From assembly GCA_035550595.1 (NCBI GenBank), contig DASZOV010000053.1:3607-67606 (forward strand): a stretch of 64,000 nucleotides of DNA. Direction: 5' to 3'. Under the pieces are notes generated by a model. The model worked only from the letters and a program-made list of their open reading frames with translations. It ran no database searches and was not told the DNA's origin. The DNA is from Vicinamibacterales bacterium. Lineage in GTDB: Bacteria > Acidobacteriota > Vicinamibacteria > Vicinamibacterales > SCN-69-37. A program made the position numbers and the translations under genes. This document shows, piece by piece, positions 24,641-33,112 of the stretch (positions are counted from its first letter, which is position 1; each line of letters opens with the position of its first letter).

Positions 24641-24997
24641 ATGCCGTCCACTCTGCCCGAGCGGGTCGAGCCGCGTCACCGCAAGAGTTGTGCGCCGGAT
24701 GGCGAAGCCCTCCGCAAGAAACTTGCGGCGCACGCCGAGGCGGGCCTCAATCTCGGCCGCTGGCTGACGCGGGCGATCGCGCTCTCCGGCCAGTCGCCAA
24801 AAGAGGTCGCCTACGAGCTGGGCTACGCGGACCAATCGGCGGTCTCGCGCTGGCTGAACAACGCGGAGCCGCCGAACCTGACGCGACTCTGGAAGCTGCG
24901 CGCGCTGCGCCGGCCGCTTGTGATTGCGCTCGCGGAAGAGACCAAGGACATCGCGGTCAATACGGTCCTAACGGTGCCGTCCGAGCAGGTCGCATGA
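24641..24997 (+). CDS. HTH-domain early protein
   Basis: SPKEVAYELGYADQSAVSRWLN. ATG 24641 within ORF 24617..24997. Confidence 0.6.
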   Translation: MPSTLPERVEPRHRKSCAPDGEALRKKLAAHAEAGLNLGRWLTRAIALSGQSPKEVAYELGYADQSAVSRWLNNAEPPNLTRLWKLRALRRPLVIALAEETKDIAVNTVLTVPSEQVA

Positions 24998-25197
24998 CGT
25001 CGGATCGCCTGCTCACGCTCGCCGAAGTCATCGCCCGCGTCGGGCTGAAGACAACAGCGATCTACGACTACATGCGCCGTGGCGTATTCCCGCGCCGCAT
25101 CGTCGTCGGCCCGCGCTGTGTCCGCTGGTCCGAGCGGGAAGTCCAAGCCTGGATCGCCGCGCAGATCCAGCGCCGCGATGAACGGAGGACGACATGA
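24994..25197 (+). CDS. AlpA/excisionase-family DNA-binding protein
   Basis: RLLTLAEVIARVGLKTTAIYDYMRRGVFPRRIVVGPRCVRWSEREVQAWI. ATGA coupling. Confidence 0.75.
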   Translation: MTSDRLLTLAEVIARVGLKTTAIYDYMRRGVFPRRIVVGPRCVRWSEREVQAWIAAQIQRRDERRTT

Positions 25198-25337
25198 CGT
25201 GGTTTGTGCTCGCGCTGGTGCTCGCGGTGGCCGTGTCCATCAGCGTCGTCATCTGGGCGCTGCGCTCGCTGATGGAGCCGCCACCCGGCCCGCCCGATCC
25301 TCCGCTGCCCACCGACTCCGATCGAGGTGACGCATGA
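25194..25337 (+). CDS. small membrane protein (47 aa, below the track cutoff)
   Basis: ATGA overlaps at both ends. TM segment WFVLALVLAVAVSISVVIWAL. Confidence 0.35.
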   Translation: MTWFVLALVLAVAVSISVVIWALRSLMEPPPGPPDPPLPTDSDRGDA

Positions 25338-25606
25338 CCGCTGACACACAGGTCCAGATCGGGATCGTCCTCGGCCTCGCCGCGGCACTCGGCGTGATCA
25401 CGCTGGCACTCGGCGCGGCGATGGAGTGGCTCCTCGGGCCGGTGCAGCCCGAGCCGGACGACGAGTTGCCGACGTTCGCGCGGCCACTGCATCCCGTGCT
25501 GACCGCGCCGTGCGCGCGGTGCGGCGAGATGCGCTTGATGGACGAGCTGGTCTCGCTCAATGGCCGGCTCGTGTGCTCGGAGTGGTGCGGCGGGAGGGCG
25601 GCATGA
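25334..25606 (+). CDS. membrane/zinc-ribbon hypothetical protein
   Basis: One TM segment plus CARCG..CSEWC. Coupled starts. Confidence 0.45.
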   Translation: MTADTQVQIGIVLGLAAALGVITLALGAAMEWLLGPVQPEPDDELPTFARPLHPVLTAPCARCGEMRLMDELVSLNGRLVCSEWCGGRAA

Positions 25607-25941
25607 GCGAGCTGAGAGAGCACTTGGTCGCAGCGCGGGCGCTGATCGCTCAGGGTTGGTGCCGCAATGCGGACGCCAGAGACCGGACCGGTCGTTCAGT
25701 GCAGTCGACTTCAGACGCTGCCTGCGCATGGTGCATTGAGGGCGCAATTTTTCGTGTCACTCATACGGCGGCCAATGACTGGCCGCTTTGCCAAATGGTT
25801 ACGGCGCTCATGGGCGCGCGCGAGTATCCCTATTCATATCCCTTTTCACGCGAGGCGCTGTCAGCGTGGAACGACAAGCCCGGCCGCACGCAGGCGGACG
25901 TCCTGGCACTGTTCGACCGCGCGATCGAGGCGGCGCAATGA
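25603..25941 (+). CDS. hypothetical phage protein (112 aa)
   Basis: ATG 25603 in ORF 25426..25941. QGWCRNADARDRTGRSV..ACAWCIEGAI resembles a small family common in phage early regions (the name DUF6197 is recalled without certainty). Confidence 0.5.
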   Translation: MSELREHLVAARALIAQGWCRNADARDRTGRSVQSTSDAACAWCIEGAIFRVTHTAANDWPLCQMVTALMGAREYPYSYPFSREALSAWNDKPGRTQADVLALFDRAIEAAQ

Positions 25942-26180
25942 CGCCGCGCCGTGCCATTTACTGGACCGCGATCCCACTCGCGGCCGTGCTCTCACTCGTG
26001 ACGCTCTCGGCACAGCGCCAGACGCGCGCGTGGGTCAACGGCCTCTTCGTCGATCTCGATCGGCATCGCGTCGTCGTCCTCGCTGATGTGCCGGATGACT
26101 GGCAGGTCTGCGCCGCGACGTCGCCAGCGGCTGAGCCGCACGGCTGCGTAAGCGTACGCGTGATGCGGAGGATGCCGTGA
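25938..26180 (+). CDS. hypothetical protein with an N-terminal TM/signal segment
   Basis: ATGA coupling at 25938. Confidence 0.4.
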   Translation: MTPRRAIYWTAIPLAAVLSLVTLSAQRQTRAWVNGLFVDLDRHRVVVLADVPDDWQVCAATSPAAEPHGCVSVRVMRRMP

Positions 26181-26476
26181 CATCTGCCGAAGAGCGACTG
26201 GAGTTGCTGGAACGGCTGATTGCCTGCTCGCGGTGCAACCGCACGGGCGAATCGCTGAAGGAACCGTGTATTTGCGCTGACCGTGACGCGCTCGTGCAGG
26301 CACAGCGGTGGGCGATGGCTTGGAGGCGAGAACTCGAGATCGAGGAGCCGGACGACCACGATGGGGTGGAGTGCGGCACCTGCTACGACGGCGCGGTGGT
26401 CTGCGACACGTGCGATCACTGCGAGCAGCGCCACTGTCCAGACTGCGATCCGTGTGTACTGGAGGTAGTCAAGTGA
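26177..26476 (+). CDS. Cys-rich (multi-CxxC) small protein
   Basis: CSRCNRTG and ECGTCYDGAVVCDTCDHCEQRHCPDCDPC. GTGA coupling. Confidence 0.5.
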   Translation: MTSAEERLELLERLIACSRCNRTGESLKEPCICADRDALVQAQRWAMAWRRELEIEEPDDHDGVECGTCYDGAVVCDTCDHCEQRHCPDCDPCVLEVVK

Positions 26477-26688
26477 CGGCCGCCTACGCCATCCGCGCGC
26501 ACGGCTTCGCGTGGCCCTTCGAGCGCGACGCCTCCCGCGATCTCTACTGGTGGTCCCGCAACATCCCGACCTGCGAGACCTGCGGCGGCGAGTTGACCGG
26601 CTGGCATCCCGAGGGCGTGCCGCTCACGGACGGACATGTCGTGTGCGAGGGCTGTGCGCGGGCGTATCGGGTGGAGGACGCCGCGTGA
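26473..26688 (+). CDS. zinc-ribbon small protein
   Basis: CETCGG..CEGCA. GTGA coupling at both ends. Confidence 0.45.
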   Translation: MTAAYAIRAHGFAWPFERDASRDLYWWSRNIPTCETCGGELTGWHPEGVPLTDGHVVCEGCARAYRVEDAA

Positions 26689-26888
26689 TCACGGTCATTA
26701 CTGTGGCTCTCGTGATTACAACATGGGCGCTGACCGTCTTCATCATCCGCGACATGTCACGACAGCGGCGTCAGTTGAGGCTCGTCACTGAACAGCGCAA
26801 TTGGGCCATCGCCGCATTGAATGCGCTAGCACGCGGCGAGGCGCCGCCACCGGCTCCGGCGAGCGTGAAGGTGGAGGACGCAGCGTGA
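26685..26888 (+). CDS. small membrane protein
   Basis: VITVITVALVITTWALTVFII. GTGA coupling. Confidence 0.4.
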   Translation: MITVITVALVITTWALTVFIIRDMSRQRRQLRLVTEQRNWAIAALNALARGEAPPPAPASVKVEDAA

Positions 26889-27112
26889 CCGGAGTGCCTT
26901 GCTCTTGTGGCCGGATGTTCGTGTCGTCACACGCGCGTGATCGCCATCGCGATGTGTATCCGCACTGTGCTGACTGCGGCTGCCTGCTCCAGAACGAGAT
27001 CGATCGTGCCGCCGGAACGTGCTGCGCTTGCGAACACCTACGCGAGTGCAATGGCTGCGCGGCATCAGCTCACCGTGTCCATGGATTCGGTGGATTCAGG
27101 GATCTGCGATGA
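26885..27112 (+). CDS. Cys/His-rich small protein
   Basis: CSCG..HCADCGC..CCACEHLRECNGC. Confidence 0.4.
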   Translation: MTGVPCSCGRMFVSSHARDRHRDVYPHCADCGCLLQNEIDRAAGTCCACEHLRECNGCAASAHRVHGFGGFRDLR

Positions 27113-27363
27113 CGACGCTCTACGCCCATCCCGCCGACTGCCAGACGCTGCTCGCCTGCGACACCTGCGATCGGCTCTGCCAGGACAGCGGCATCCGCAC
27201 GGACGAAGTGGTCTGCGAGACGTGCCGGGATACCCGATGGGGCCAGTGTCGCCGGTGCTGCCGGTGGCTGCCGACCAAGCAACTGGCGAGCGATGAGAGC
27301 GGATGGATCTGCACGGCGTGTGACGTGTGGGACGAGGACGACGACCGAAGGGAGACGAGATGA
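27109..27363 (+). CDS. Cys-rich small protein
   Basis: CDTCDRLC..CETCRD..CRRCCRW..CTACD. Confidence 0.5.
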   Translation: MTTLYAHPADCQTLLACDTCDRLCQDSGIRTDEVVCETCRDTRWGQCRRCCRWLPTKQLASDESGWICTACDVWDEDDDRRETR

Positions 27364-27740
27364 CCGGACTGGATCAGATTCGCGCGGGCCTGACGGCGGA
27401 ACTGGCGCGGCTCGACAGTGAGCGGGCACGCGTGCAGTCGGCGCTGGCCGCGTTGGGCGGGACGACGAGTAACGGGGGGGGGCGAGCACGGCAAAAGCGC
27501 GCGCCTCGCGGGTCGGTGACGGCGCGGATTCTGGAGGCGCTGCCCGCTGACGGGGCGACGATTCATCAGGCGGATCTCGGCCGTGCGGCTGGTATTCGCG
27601 CGCAGCATGCCGCCGCATGCATAGCCCGACTGCTGAAAGCCGGCCGCATCGAGCGCGTCGACCGTGGCCTCTATCGCTGGCCAGCGCCAGCCGCGGCTAT
27701 CAATCACGCGCCCGGCGAGTGGGTGTCACAGGTCTCCTAG
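27360..27740 (+). CDS. winged-helix-like DNA-binding protein
   Basis: ARILEALPADGATIHQADLGRAAGIRAQHAAACIARLLKAGRIERV. Confidence 0.5.
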   Translation: MTGLDQIRAGLTAELARLDSERARVQSALAALGGTTSNGGGRARQKRAPRGSVTARILEALPADGATIHQADLGRAAGIRAQHAAACIARLLKAGRIERVDRGLYRWPAPAAAINHAPGEWVSQVS

Positions 27741-27954
27741 TCGCTCGCGTAAGCGAGTGGGTAGCCGCGTGTCGGGCCGAGCGCGGGGAGATTCGGCCCT
27801 CTTCCTCGCGGCGCATGTAGCGATGCATGCGCGGCCGCATGACGCAGCGCAAAAACGGCTAATGGCCCGGATGACGATCCGCATCCCACAGCCGGCGCGC
27901 TGACGCGAGGGCCATTACTTTCGTCTCGCCGGCAATAGGGCCGGGAGACAGAAC

Positions 27955-27983
27955 GGGCCTGACGGCTCGCAACCGTCAGGCCC
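27955..27983 (+). other. 11-bp perfect hairpin directly upstream of the RBS of 27997
   Basis: GGGCCTGACGG-CTCGCAA-CCGTCAGGCCC, then CAGGAGAATCAAGATG. There is no U tail. Confidence 0.4.
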
Positions 27984-27996
27984 CAGGAGAATCAAG

Positions 27997-28278
27997 ATGC
28001 ACGCACAGGATAGCACGAGCGTCAGGCGGCAGGTGCTGATTCCGGGCAGCCGCGAGCGGGCACGGGCACAGCGGATGCTCGATGCGCTGCTCGCCGAGGC
28101 CGAGGCGGAAGTGCGCGATCAGTCCTACGACGGGCGCATGGACCTCGACGGGGTGCTGGCGCTCATGTTCGAGATCGTCTCGCGCCGCGGCGTGGGCGTC
28201 GTCTGCGCGGCGCTCGAAGCTGCGCCGGAGCGGCGGTTTCTGCAGCTCGACATCTGGCCGGCGACGGTGGGGGCGTAG
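27997..28278 (+). CDS. hypothetical protein (93 aa)
   Basis: ATG follows AGGAGA and is adjacent to the Erf gene. Confidence 0.45.
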   Translation: MHAQDSTSVRRQVLIPGSRERARAQRMLDALLAEAEAEVRDQSYDGRMDLDGVLALMFEIVSRRGVGVVCAALEAAPERRFLQLDIWPATVGA

Positions 28279-28953
28279 ATGGCTGAGTCCACCACCGCGC
28301 CAGCCGTCTACCGAGCCATTGCGGGCGTCATCGACGATCTCGCCAGGATCGGCATTGGGAAAACGCGCCGCAACCAGCAGCAGAACTACGCCTTTCGCGG
28401 TATTGACGACGTGCTGAACACGTTGTCGCCGCTGCTGGCGAAACACGGCCTGGTCGTCGTGCCGCGCGTCACCGAGCGCACCGTGACCGAGCGCCACACG
28501 ACGAAGGGCGGCGTGCTGTTCTGTGTCGTCATTGCGGCCGAGTTCGATTTCATCGCCGCTGAGGACGGCTCGATCCACACCGCGCGCATGTATGGCGAGG
28601 CGATGGATTCGGCCGACAAGGCGACAAACAAGGCGATGAGCGCGGCCTACAAATACGCCGCGTTTCAGGTGTTCTGCATCCCGACCGACGTCGAGGATGC
28701 GGACGCGGTGACGCACGACGTCGCCCCGCACGCGGCGCAGCCCACCGCGCCGAGCGTGCCCGATGGCTACACCGACTGGATCGACTGCATGACCGACACG
28801 GCGCAAGAAGGCACGACGGCGCTGACACGCGCCTGGTCGGACTCGCCCATCGAGTATCGTCGATATATCCGCGACCACGAAGAGGGGCGGTGGACCGCGA
28901 TCAGGAAGCTCGCCGAGGCGCGCGATACCTCGCATCCCGAGGCGGCGGCATGA
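28279..28953 (+). CDS. Erf-family single-strand annealing protein
   Basis: QQQNYAFRGIDDVLNTLSPLLAKHGLVVVP..GEAMDSADKATNKAMSAAYKYA is the ERF pattern. Confidence 0.8.
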   Translation: MAESTTAPAVYRAIAGVIDDLARIGIGKTRRNQQQNYAFRGIDDVLNTLSPLLAKHGLVVVPRVTERTVTERHTTKGGVLFCVVIAAEFDFIAAEDGSIHTARMYGEAMDSADKATNKAMSAAYKYAAFQVFCIPTDVEDADAVTHDVAPHAAQPTAPSVPDGYTDWIDCMTDTAQEGTTALTRAWSDSPIEYRRYIRDHEEGRWTAIRKLAEARDTSHPEAAA

Positions 28954-29618
28954 CGCGCTGCACGGTCCACAACGTGGCGCAGCGGTCGTCGGAGTGGTTC
29001 GCGCTCCGGGCCGGCAAGTTGACGGGCTCGCGCGCGGCGGCCGTGCTGGCGCGCATCAAGAGTGGCGAGGCGGCAGCGCGGCGCGATCTGCGGATGCAGC
29101 TCGTGTGCGAACGGCTCAGCGGCCAGCCACAGGAAGACGGGTTCGTCTCGCCCGAGATGCGGCGCGGCATCGAACTCGAGCCCCGCGCGCTGGCCGCCTA
29201 TGAGATCGTGACCGGCGCGCTTGCGCAGACGACCGGATTCCTGTCACTGCCGGATCTGATGGCGGGGTGCTCGCCGGACGGCTACGTCGGCGACTTCGAC
29301 ACGCTCGTGTCGCTCAAGTGCCCGAAGACGGCCACGCACATCGGCTATCTCCGCGCGGGCACAATGCCGAGCGACTACGTGCCGCAGATGCTCCACGAGC
29401 TGTGGATCACCGGCGCACGGGAATACCACTTCCTCAGTTTCGATGACCGGCTGCCGGAACGGTTGCAGACCTGCCTGATCCGCGTCCCGCGCGACGAGCA
29501 GGCCGTGCAGGACTACGCGGACCAGGCGAAGCGGTTTCTCGCCGAAGTGGATCGCGAACTCGAAGCGCTCAACACGCTGGCCGACACGGCCGGCCAACTC
29601 ATCAAGGCGGCGTCATGA
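28950..29618 (+). CDS. YqaJ/lambda-exonuclease-like recombination exonuclease
   Basis: QRSSEWFALRAGKLTGSRAAAVL, later SPDG..LVSLKCP. ATGA coupling. Confidence 0.8.
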   Translation: MTRCTVHNVAQRSSEWFALRAGKLTGSRAAAVLARIKSGEAAARRDLRMQLVCERLSGQPQEDGFVSPEMRRGIELEPRALAAYEIVTGALAQTTGFLSLPDLMAGCSPDGYVGDFDTLVSLKCPKTATHIGYLRAGTMPSDYVPQMLHELWITGAREYHFLSFDDRLPERLQTCLIRVPRDEQAVQDYADQAKRFLAEVDRELEALNTLADTAGQLIKAAS

Positions 29619-29833
29619 ACGGCACACGCGAGAAGAATCCGGATGAGATCGGCGCGCTCTGGACGCGCACCACGCAGAAGGGCGATGAGTATTTGTCTGG
29701 CGAGATCAACGGCGATCCCGTCGTGATTTTCCAGACGCACAGTCGCAATCCGAAGGCCCCGACGTGGCGCGTCATGAAGGGGCGCCCACGCCAGCAAGCG
29801 CGGCCGTCGCGCGTGGATGACGTCGAGTATTGA
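29615..29833 (+). CDS. DUF736-like small protein
   Basis: IGALWTRTTQKGDEYLSGEINGDPVVIFQTHSRNPKAPTWRV. Confidence 0.5.
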   Translation: MNGTREKNPDEIGALWTRTTQKGDEYLSGEINGDPVVIFQTHSRNPKAPTWRVMKGRPRQQARPSRVDDVEY

Positions 29834-29835
29834 TC

Positions 29836-30288
29836 ATGAGCGACGCCAAGCGCCCCACGGCATGGACCGGCTTTGTCGATGACGCCGGCATCTTCACGCT
29901 CGACCGTCGCCGCGATTTTGTCGCGTGGGTGAAACAGTTCGCCGGCCGCGAAGTGACGTTGACGCTCACCGAGCGCAAGCGGAAGCGCAGCCTTGAGCAG
30001 AACGCTTGGCTCTGGGGTGTGGCGCTGCCGGCCATCGCCGAGCACTGCGGTTACGACCATCACGAACACGAGCGGCTCCACTACGACCTGCTCGCTGTCC
30101 GGTTCGGGACCGTCGCTGTTGCACCGCTTATCCCTGGAGCGCCGCCGCGTATTGTGCCGGCACAGACCAGCTCGCCGATGAACACGCGCGAGTTCAGCGA
30201 CTACATGGAATGGCTCGTCCGCTACGCCGCCGAGACGTTCGGCATCGTGATCCCGTTGCCGGACGAACGACATCAGGAGGCCGCATGA
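29836..30288 (+). CDS. hypothetical phage protein (possible NinB-like; weak)
   Basis: KRSLEQNAWLWGV motif. ATG 29836 within ORF 29830..30288. Confidence 0.45.
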   Translation: MSDAKRPTAWTGFVDDAGIFTLDRRRDFVAWVKQFAGREVTLTLTERKRKRSLEQNAWLWGVALPAIAEHCGYDHHEHERLHYDLLAVRFGTVAVAPLIPGAPPRIVPAQTSSPMNTREFSDYMEWLVRYAAETFGIVIPLPDERHQEAA

Positions 30289-30839
30289 CAATCCCGCTCG
30301 GATATTGCCAGTGTGGTTGTGGTCATAAGACGGCCATCTGCAACCGGAACTGGAAGCGATTCGGCTACGTGGCTGGTCAGCCGTTTAGATTTATTCCAGG
30401 CCACAACCGGCGCGCAACGCGGAATCCGCGAGTTTACGTCAATCGGCGGGTTGCCGGCGATCCTCGCGGCACGGTTAACGAGCACGTCCTTGTCGCAGAG
30501 GCTGCGTTAGGGAAGCGTCTCCCGCGTAGTGCGCAGGTGCATCACGTGGATGGGAATCGCAGAAACAACACGCGCGCGAATCTGGTGATCTGCGAGAACC
30601 AGGCTTATCACCTCCTGCTGCACGTTAGAGCGCGAACCGTCGCGGCCGGAGGTGATCCAAATATTGAGCAGGTCTGCAGCGTATGCGGCAGCGTTAAGCC
30701 GCTCGATCAATTTGACCGCCAGCGGACGAACATCGGAACTGGCCGCACGTCACAGTGCAAAGGCTGCAAGGCGCGCTACTACAAGGTGTGGTACGCGCGC
30801 CATGCCGAACGGCGCAAGGCCGCGAAGGAGGCCGCATGA
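30285..30839 (+). CDS. HNH endonuclease
   Basis: EHVLVAE..VHHVDGNRRNNTRANLVICENQAYHLLLH. ATGA coupling. Confidence 0.8.
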   Translation: MTIPLGYCQCGCGHKTAICNRNWKRFGYVAGQPFRFIPGHNRRATRNPRVYVNRRVAGDPRGTVNEHVLVAEAALGKRLPRSAQVHHVDGNRRNNTRANLVICENQAYHLLLHVRARTVAAGGDPNIEQVCSVCGSVKPLDQFDRQRTNIGTGRTSQCKGCKARYYKVWYARHAERRKAAKEAA

Positions 30840-31033
30840 CCTGCCCCACCTGTGACGGCCGCGGCTACCTCGAATACGAGCGTCCCGACCGCCTCGACGT
30901 CCAGCGCATCGCCTGCGAGGACTGCGGCGCGTGGATGGATGAGAACCCGCGCGAGGCCGGCGACGACGACGGCGTGGAATACAGCGACCCGCGCGATCCC
31001 TACGACGAGGTGGTGGACGCATGGAACCGCTGA
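30836..31033 (+). CDS. small zinc-finger protein
   Basis: CPTCDGRG..CEDCG. Confidence 0.45.
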   Translation: MTCPTCDGRGYLEYERPDRLDVQRIACEDCGAWMDENPREAGDDDGVEYSDPRDPYDEVVDAWNR

Positions 31034-31350
31034 GGAAGCCCCGCCCGCGCGTGCTCACGCGAGCCGATAAAGCCCGCGAGAAAGATCGGCAGTATCGGCA
31101 GGCGCATGTGTTCGTCTGTCGTCGCGACGGCGGCAAGTGCCGCGTGTGCGGCCGCCCTGGCTCTCAGGCCCACCACATCGTCTACCGCTCACACGGCGGG
31201 AAGGACGAGCCGGGGAATCTCGTGTGGACGTGCCTCAACTGCCATCGGCTCATCCACGCCAAGGTGGTGCTCGTGAGCTACGACCCAAAGCATCCGGCGC
31301 AGTCGATCCGCTTCGCGCGGAATCCCGAATGGGACGAGGCGAGCGCGTGA
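31021..31350 (+). CDS. HNH endonuclease
   Basis: CRVCGRPGSQAHHIVYRSHGGKDEPGNLVWTCLNCHRLIH. Confidence 0.8.
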   Translation: MEPLRKPRPRVLTRADKAREKDRQYRQAHVFVCRRDGGKCRVCGRPGSQAHHIVYRSHGGKDEPGNLVWTCLNCHRLIHAKVVLVSYDPKHPAQSIRFARNPEWDEASA

Positions 31351-31583
31351 TGCCTGGCGCCTGCTCGTTCCGTGGCTGTCACCGCGTCGCGACCACGGGC
31401 CGCTGGTGCGACGAGTGCCGCATCCGCGAGCGCCAACGCAAGCGGCAACGCCGCGCCTGGCACCGCGAGCGGATGCGGATGCATCGGGCGATGGCGCGCG
31501 AGGACATGCCGGCGAGCGTCATCGAGCAGGCCCTCCGGCGACTGGACGCGGCGCGCAATCTGCGCCGCTGGACGAGCGAGTAA
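31350..31583 (+). CDS. small Arg-rich hypothetical protein
   Basis: TGATG coupling. CSFRGC..CDEC. Confidence 0.4.
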   Translation: MPGACSFRGCHRVATTGRWCDECRIRERQRKRQRRAWHRERMRMHRAMAREDMPASVIEQALRRLDAARNLRRWTSE

Positions 31584-31602
31584 CACCGAGAGGAGTCCGA
31601 TA

Positions 31603-32544
31603 GTGTGCAATTTCCTGAGCGCCGTCGTGCTGCGGAACGGTCACGTCCTGACCCATCCGATGCTCGACCATCACAGCGACCTGATCACATATTTCAAGCT
31701 GCCGGACACGTCGGCCTATCACCAGCACTTCGCGAAGGTCGAGTTGACGCCGGTGGACTGGATGGACGTCAACACGTGGCGCTTCCGGCTCGACGAGGAA
31801 TCCGCGCCGGGCTGGTGGGAGGACGTCGCGGCTGCGGCGGAAAAGGAACTCCGCACACGCGCGAACGCGATGATCCTCCGCGACGGTGAGCACGAGTTGA
31901 TCGTTGATGGCTGCTGGATCGTGGGCGGCACCGCCAAGATCCGCGACATCCGCAGCGGCCGAATCGTGCGCGTGCAGGACACCGCCGCGCTGTCCGGCGT
32001 GTGGGGCTCGGCGCAAGTGTCCGGCGTGTGGGGCTCGGCGCAAGTGTCCGACGTGCGGGACTCGGCGCAAGTGTCCGGCGTGTGGGACTCGGCGCAAGTG
32101 TCCGACGTGTGGGGCTCGGCGCGGGTGTCCGGCGTGGGGGGCTCGGCGCGGGTGTCCGTCGTGGGGGACTCGGCGCAAGTGTCCGCCGTGGGGGGCTCGG
32201 CGCGGGTGTCCGGCGTGTGGGGCTCGGCGCAAGTGTCCGACGTGTGGGGCTCGGCGCAAGTGTCCGACGTGCGGGACTCGGCGCAAGTGTCCGACGTGCG
32301 GGACTCGGCGCGGGTGTCCAACGTGCGGGGCTCGGCGCAAGTGTCCAACGTGTGGGGCTCGGCGCAAGTGTCCGACGTGCGGGACTCGGCGCGGGTGTCC
32401 AACGTGCGGGGCTCGGCGCGGGTGTCCGGCGTGGGGCCGGATGTCGTGCTCGACGCCAGCGCGAAGACCCATTGCGCTGACGCGCCAGCGCCGGCCGCCG
32501 CGCCAACACCGAAGAAAACGCGCACGCGAAAGGCGAAGTCATGA
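31603..32544 (+). CDS. nonapeptide-repeat (putative beta-solenoid) protein with a globular N-terminal domain
   Basis: GTG 31603 follows GAGAGGAG. There is a ~125-aa N-terminal domain, 16.5 copies of VS[GDNVA]V[WRG][GD]SA[QR], then a basic tail. Confidence 0.65.
   Translation: MCNFLSAVVLRNGHVLTHPMLDHHSDLITYFKLPDTSAYHQHFAKVELTPVDWMDVNTWRFRLDEESAPGWWEDVAAAAEKELRTRANAMILRDGEHELIVDGCWIVGGTAKIRDIRSGRIVRVQDTAALSGVWGSAQVSGVWGSAQVSDVRDSAQVSGVWDSAQVSDVWGSARVSGVGGSARVSVVGDSAQVSAVGGSARVSGVWGSAQVSDVWGSAQVSDVRDSAQVSDVRDSARVSNVRGSAQVSNVWGSAQVSDVRDSARVSNVRGSARVSGVGPDVVLDASAKTHCADAPAPAAAPTPKKTRTRKAKS
31990..32437 (+). repeat. 27-bp in-frame tandem repeat, 16 full plus 1 partial copies
   Basis: Consensus GTGTCCGRCGTGYGGGRCTCGGCGCRR. 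Unit starts follow 31990+27n (for example 32341, 32368, 32395). Confidence 0.95.
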
Positions 32545-32807
32545 TCCGCGCCCTCCATCAGCGGCTCTGCCGCCACGACTACCAGACCGAGCGCGACGAG
32601 ACGGGCCTCGTGCTGCGCTGCGGCAAGTGCGGCAAGACGACGCCCTACGGGCTCGTCGACCGCAACCTGACCGATCGACTGTGCGCGCGCATGGATGCGG
32701 CGCGGGCCGAGATGGCGGCGGAAGCCAAGCGCCGAGAAGACGCGCGCAAGTACGCCGAGTGGCGGCGCGGACAGGGCGCCGCCGTGATTCAGATGCGGCA
32801 GCGATGA
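32541..32807 (+). CDS. zinc-ribbon hypothetical protein
   Basis: CRHDY..CGKCGK. ATGA coupling. Confidence 0.5.
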   Translation: MIRALHQRLCRHDYQTERDETGLVLRCGKCGKTTPYGLVDRNLTDRLCARMDAARAEMAAEAKRREDARKYAEWRRGQGAAVIQMRQR

Positions 32808-33061
32808 GCCACACCACGAGACGACGCAGTCGTAGCCACTGGACGCCGAGCAAGAAGGCCGCGGTCGAACGCGCCTTGATGCCGATCCGCAGCAGCCATT
32901 GCGGAAAGAAAGTCGCGCATCCGAGCAAGGCCGTGGCGAGCGGCGTGATCCGGGTGATGGCGCAGAAGGACAAGGGGCACGGATTGAGCCCATATAAGTG
33001 CGCGGTCTGTCGCGCGTGGCACATCGGACACGCGCATCGCCGCGCGGCAGTGAAGCGGTAA
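32804..33061 (+). CDS. small basic hypothetical protein
   Basis: ATGA coupling. YKCAVCRAWHIGH. Confidence 0.45.
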   Translation: MSHTTRRRSRSHWTPSKKAAVERALMPIRSSHCGKKVAHPSKAVASGVIRVMAQKDKGHGLSPYKCAVCRAWHIGHAHRRAAVKR

Positions 33062-33112
33062 GGACGGACACATGACGACGACTCCCCAGGTCGGACGCGG
33101 GTAGGTGAGCCG

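Noticed and set aside
24472-24642. Small ORF in the gap after the Cro-like gene: either plus strand 24472..24636 (54 aa, TAATG-coupled) or minus strand 24481..24642 (53 aa, helical-looking)
   Set aside because: Both frames are open with similarly high GC3, and I cannot discriminate them by eye. Neither is reported as a feature. Strand-specific expression or conservation data are needed.
31990-32437. Possible CRISPR array (regular short repeats)
   Set aside because: The period is 27 bp with no unique spacers between units. The repeat is in frame inside a long ORF with a good RBS, and no cas genes are nearby.
31603-32544. Diversity-generating retroelement target (restricted variable codons in the repeat)
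   Set aside because: No reverse transcriptase or template-repeat copy is present in the window. The variable positions are not adenine-specific substitutions.
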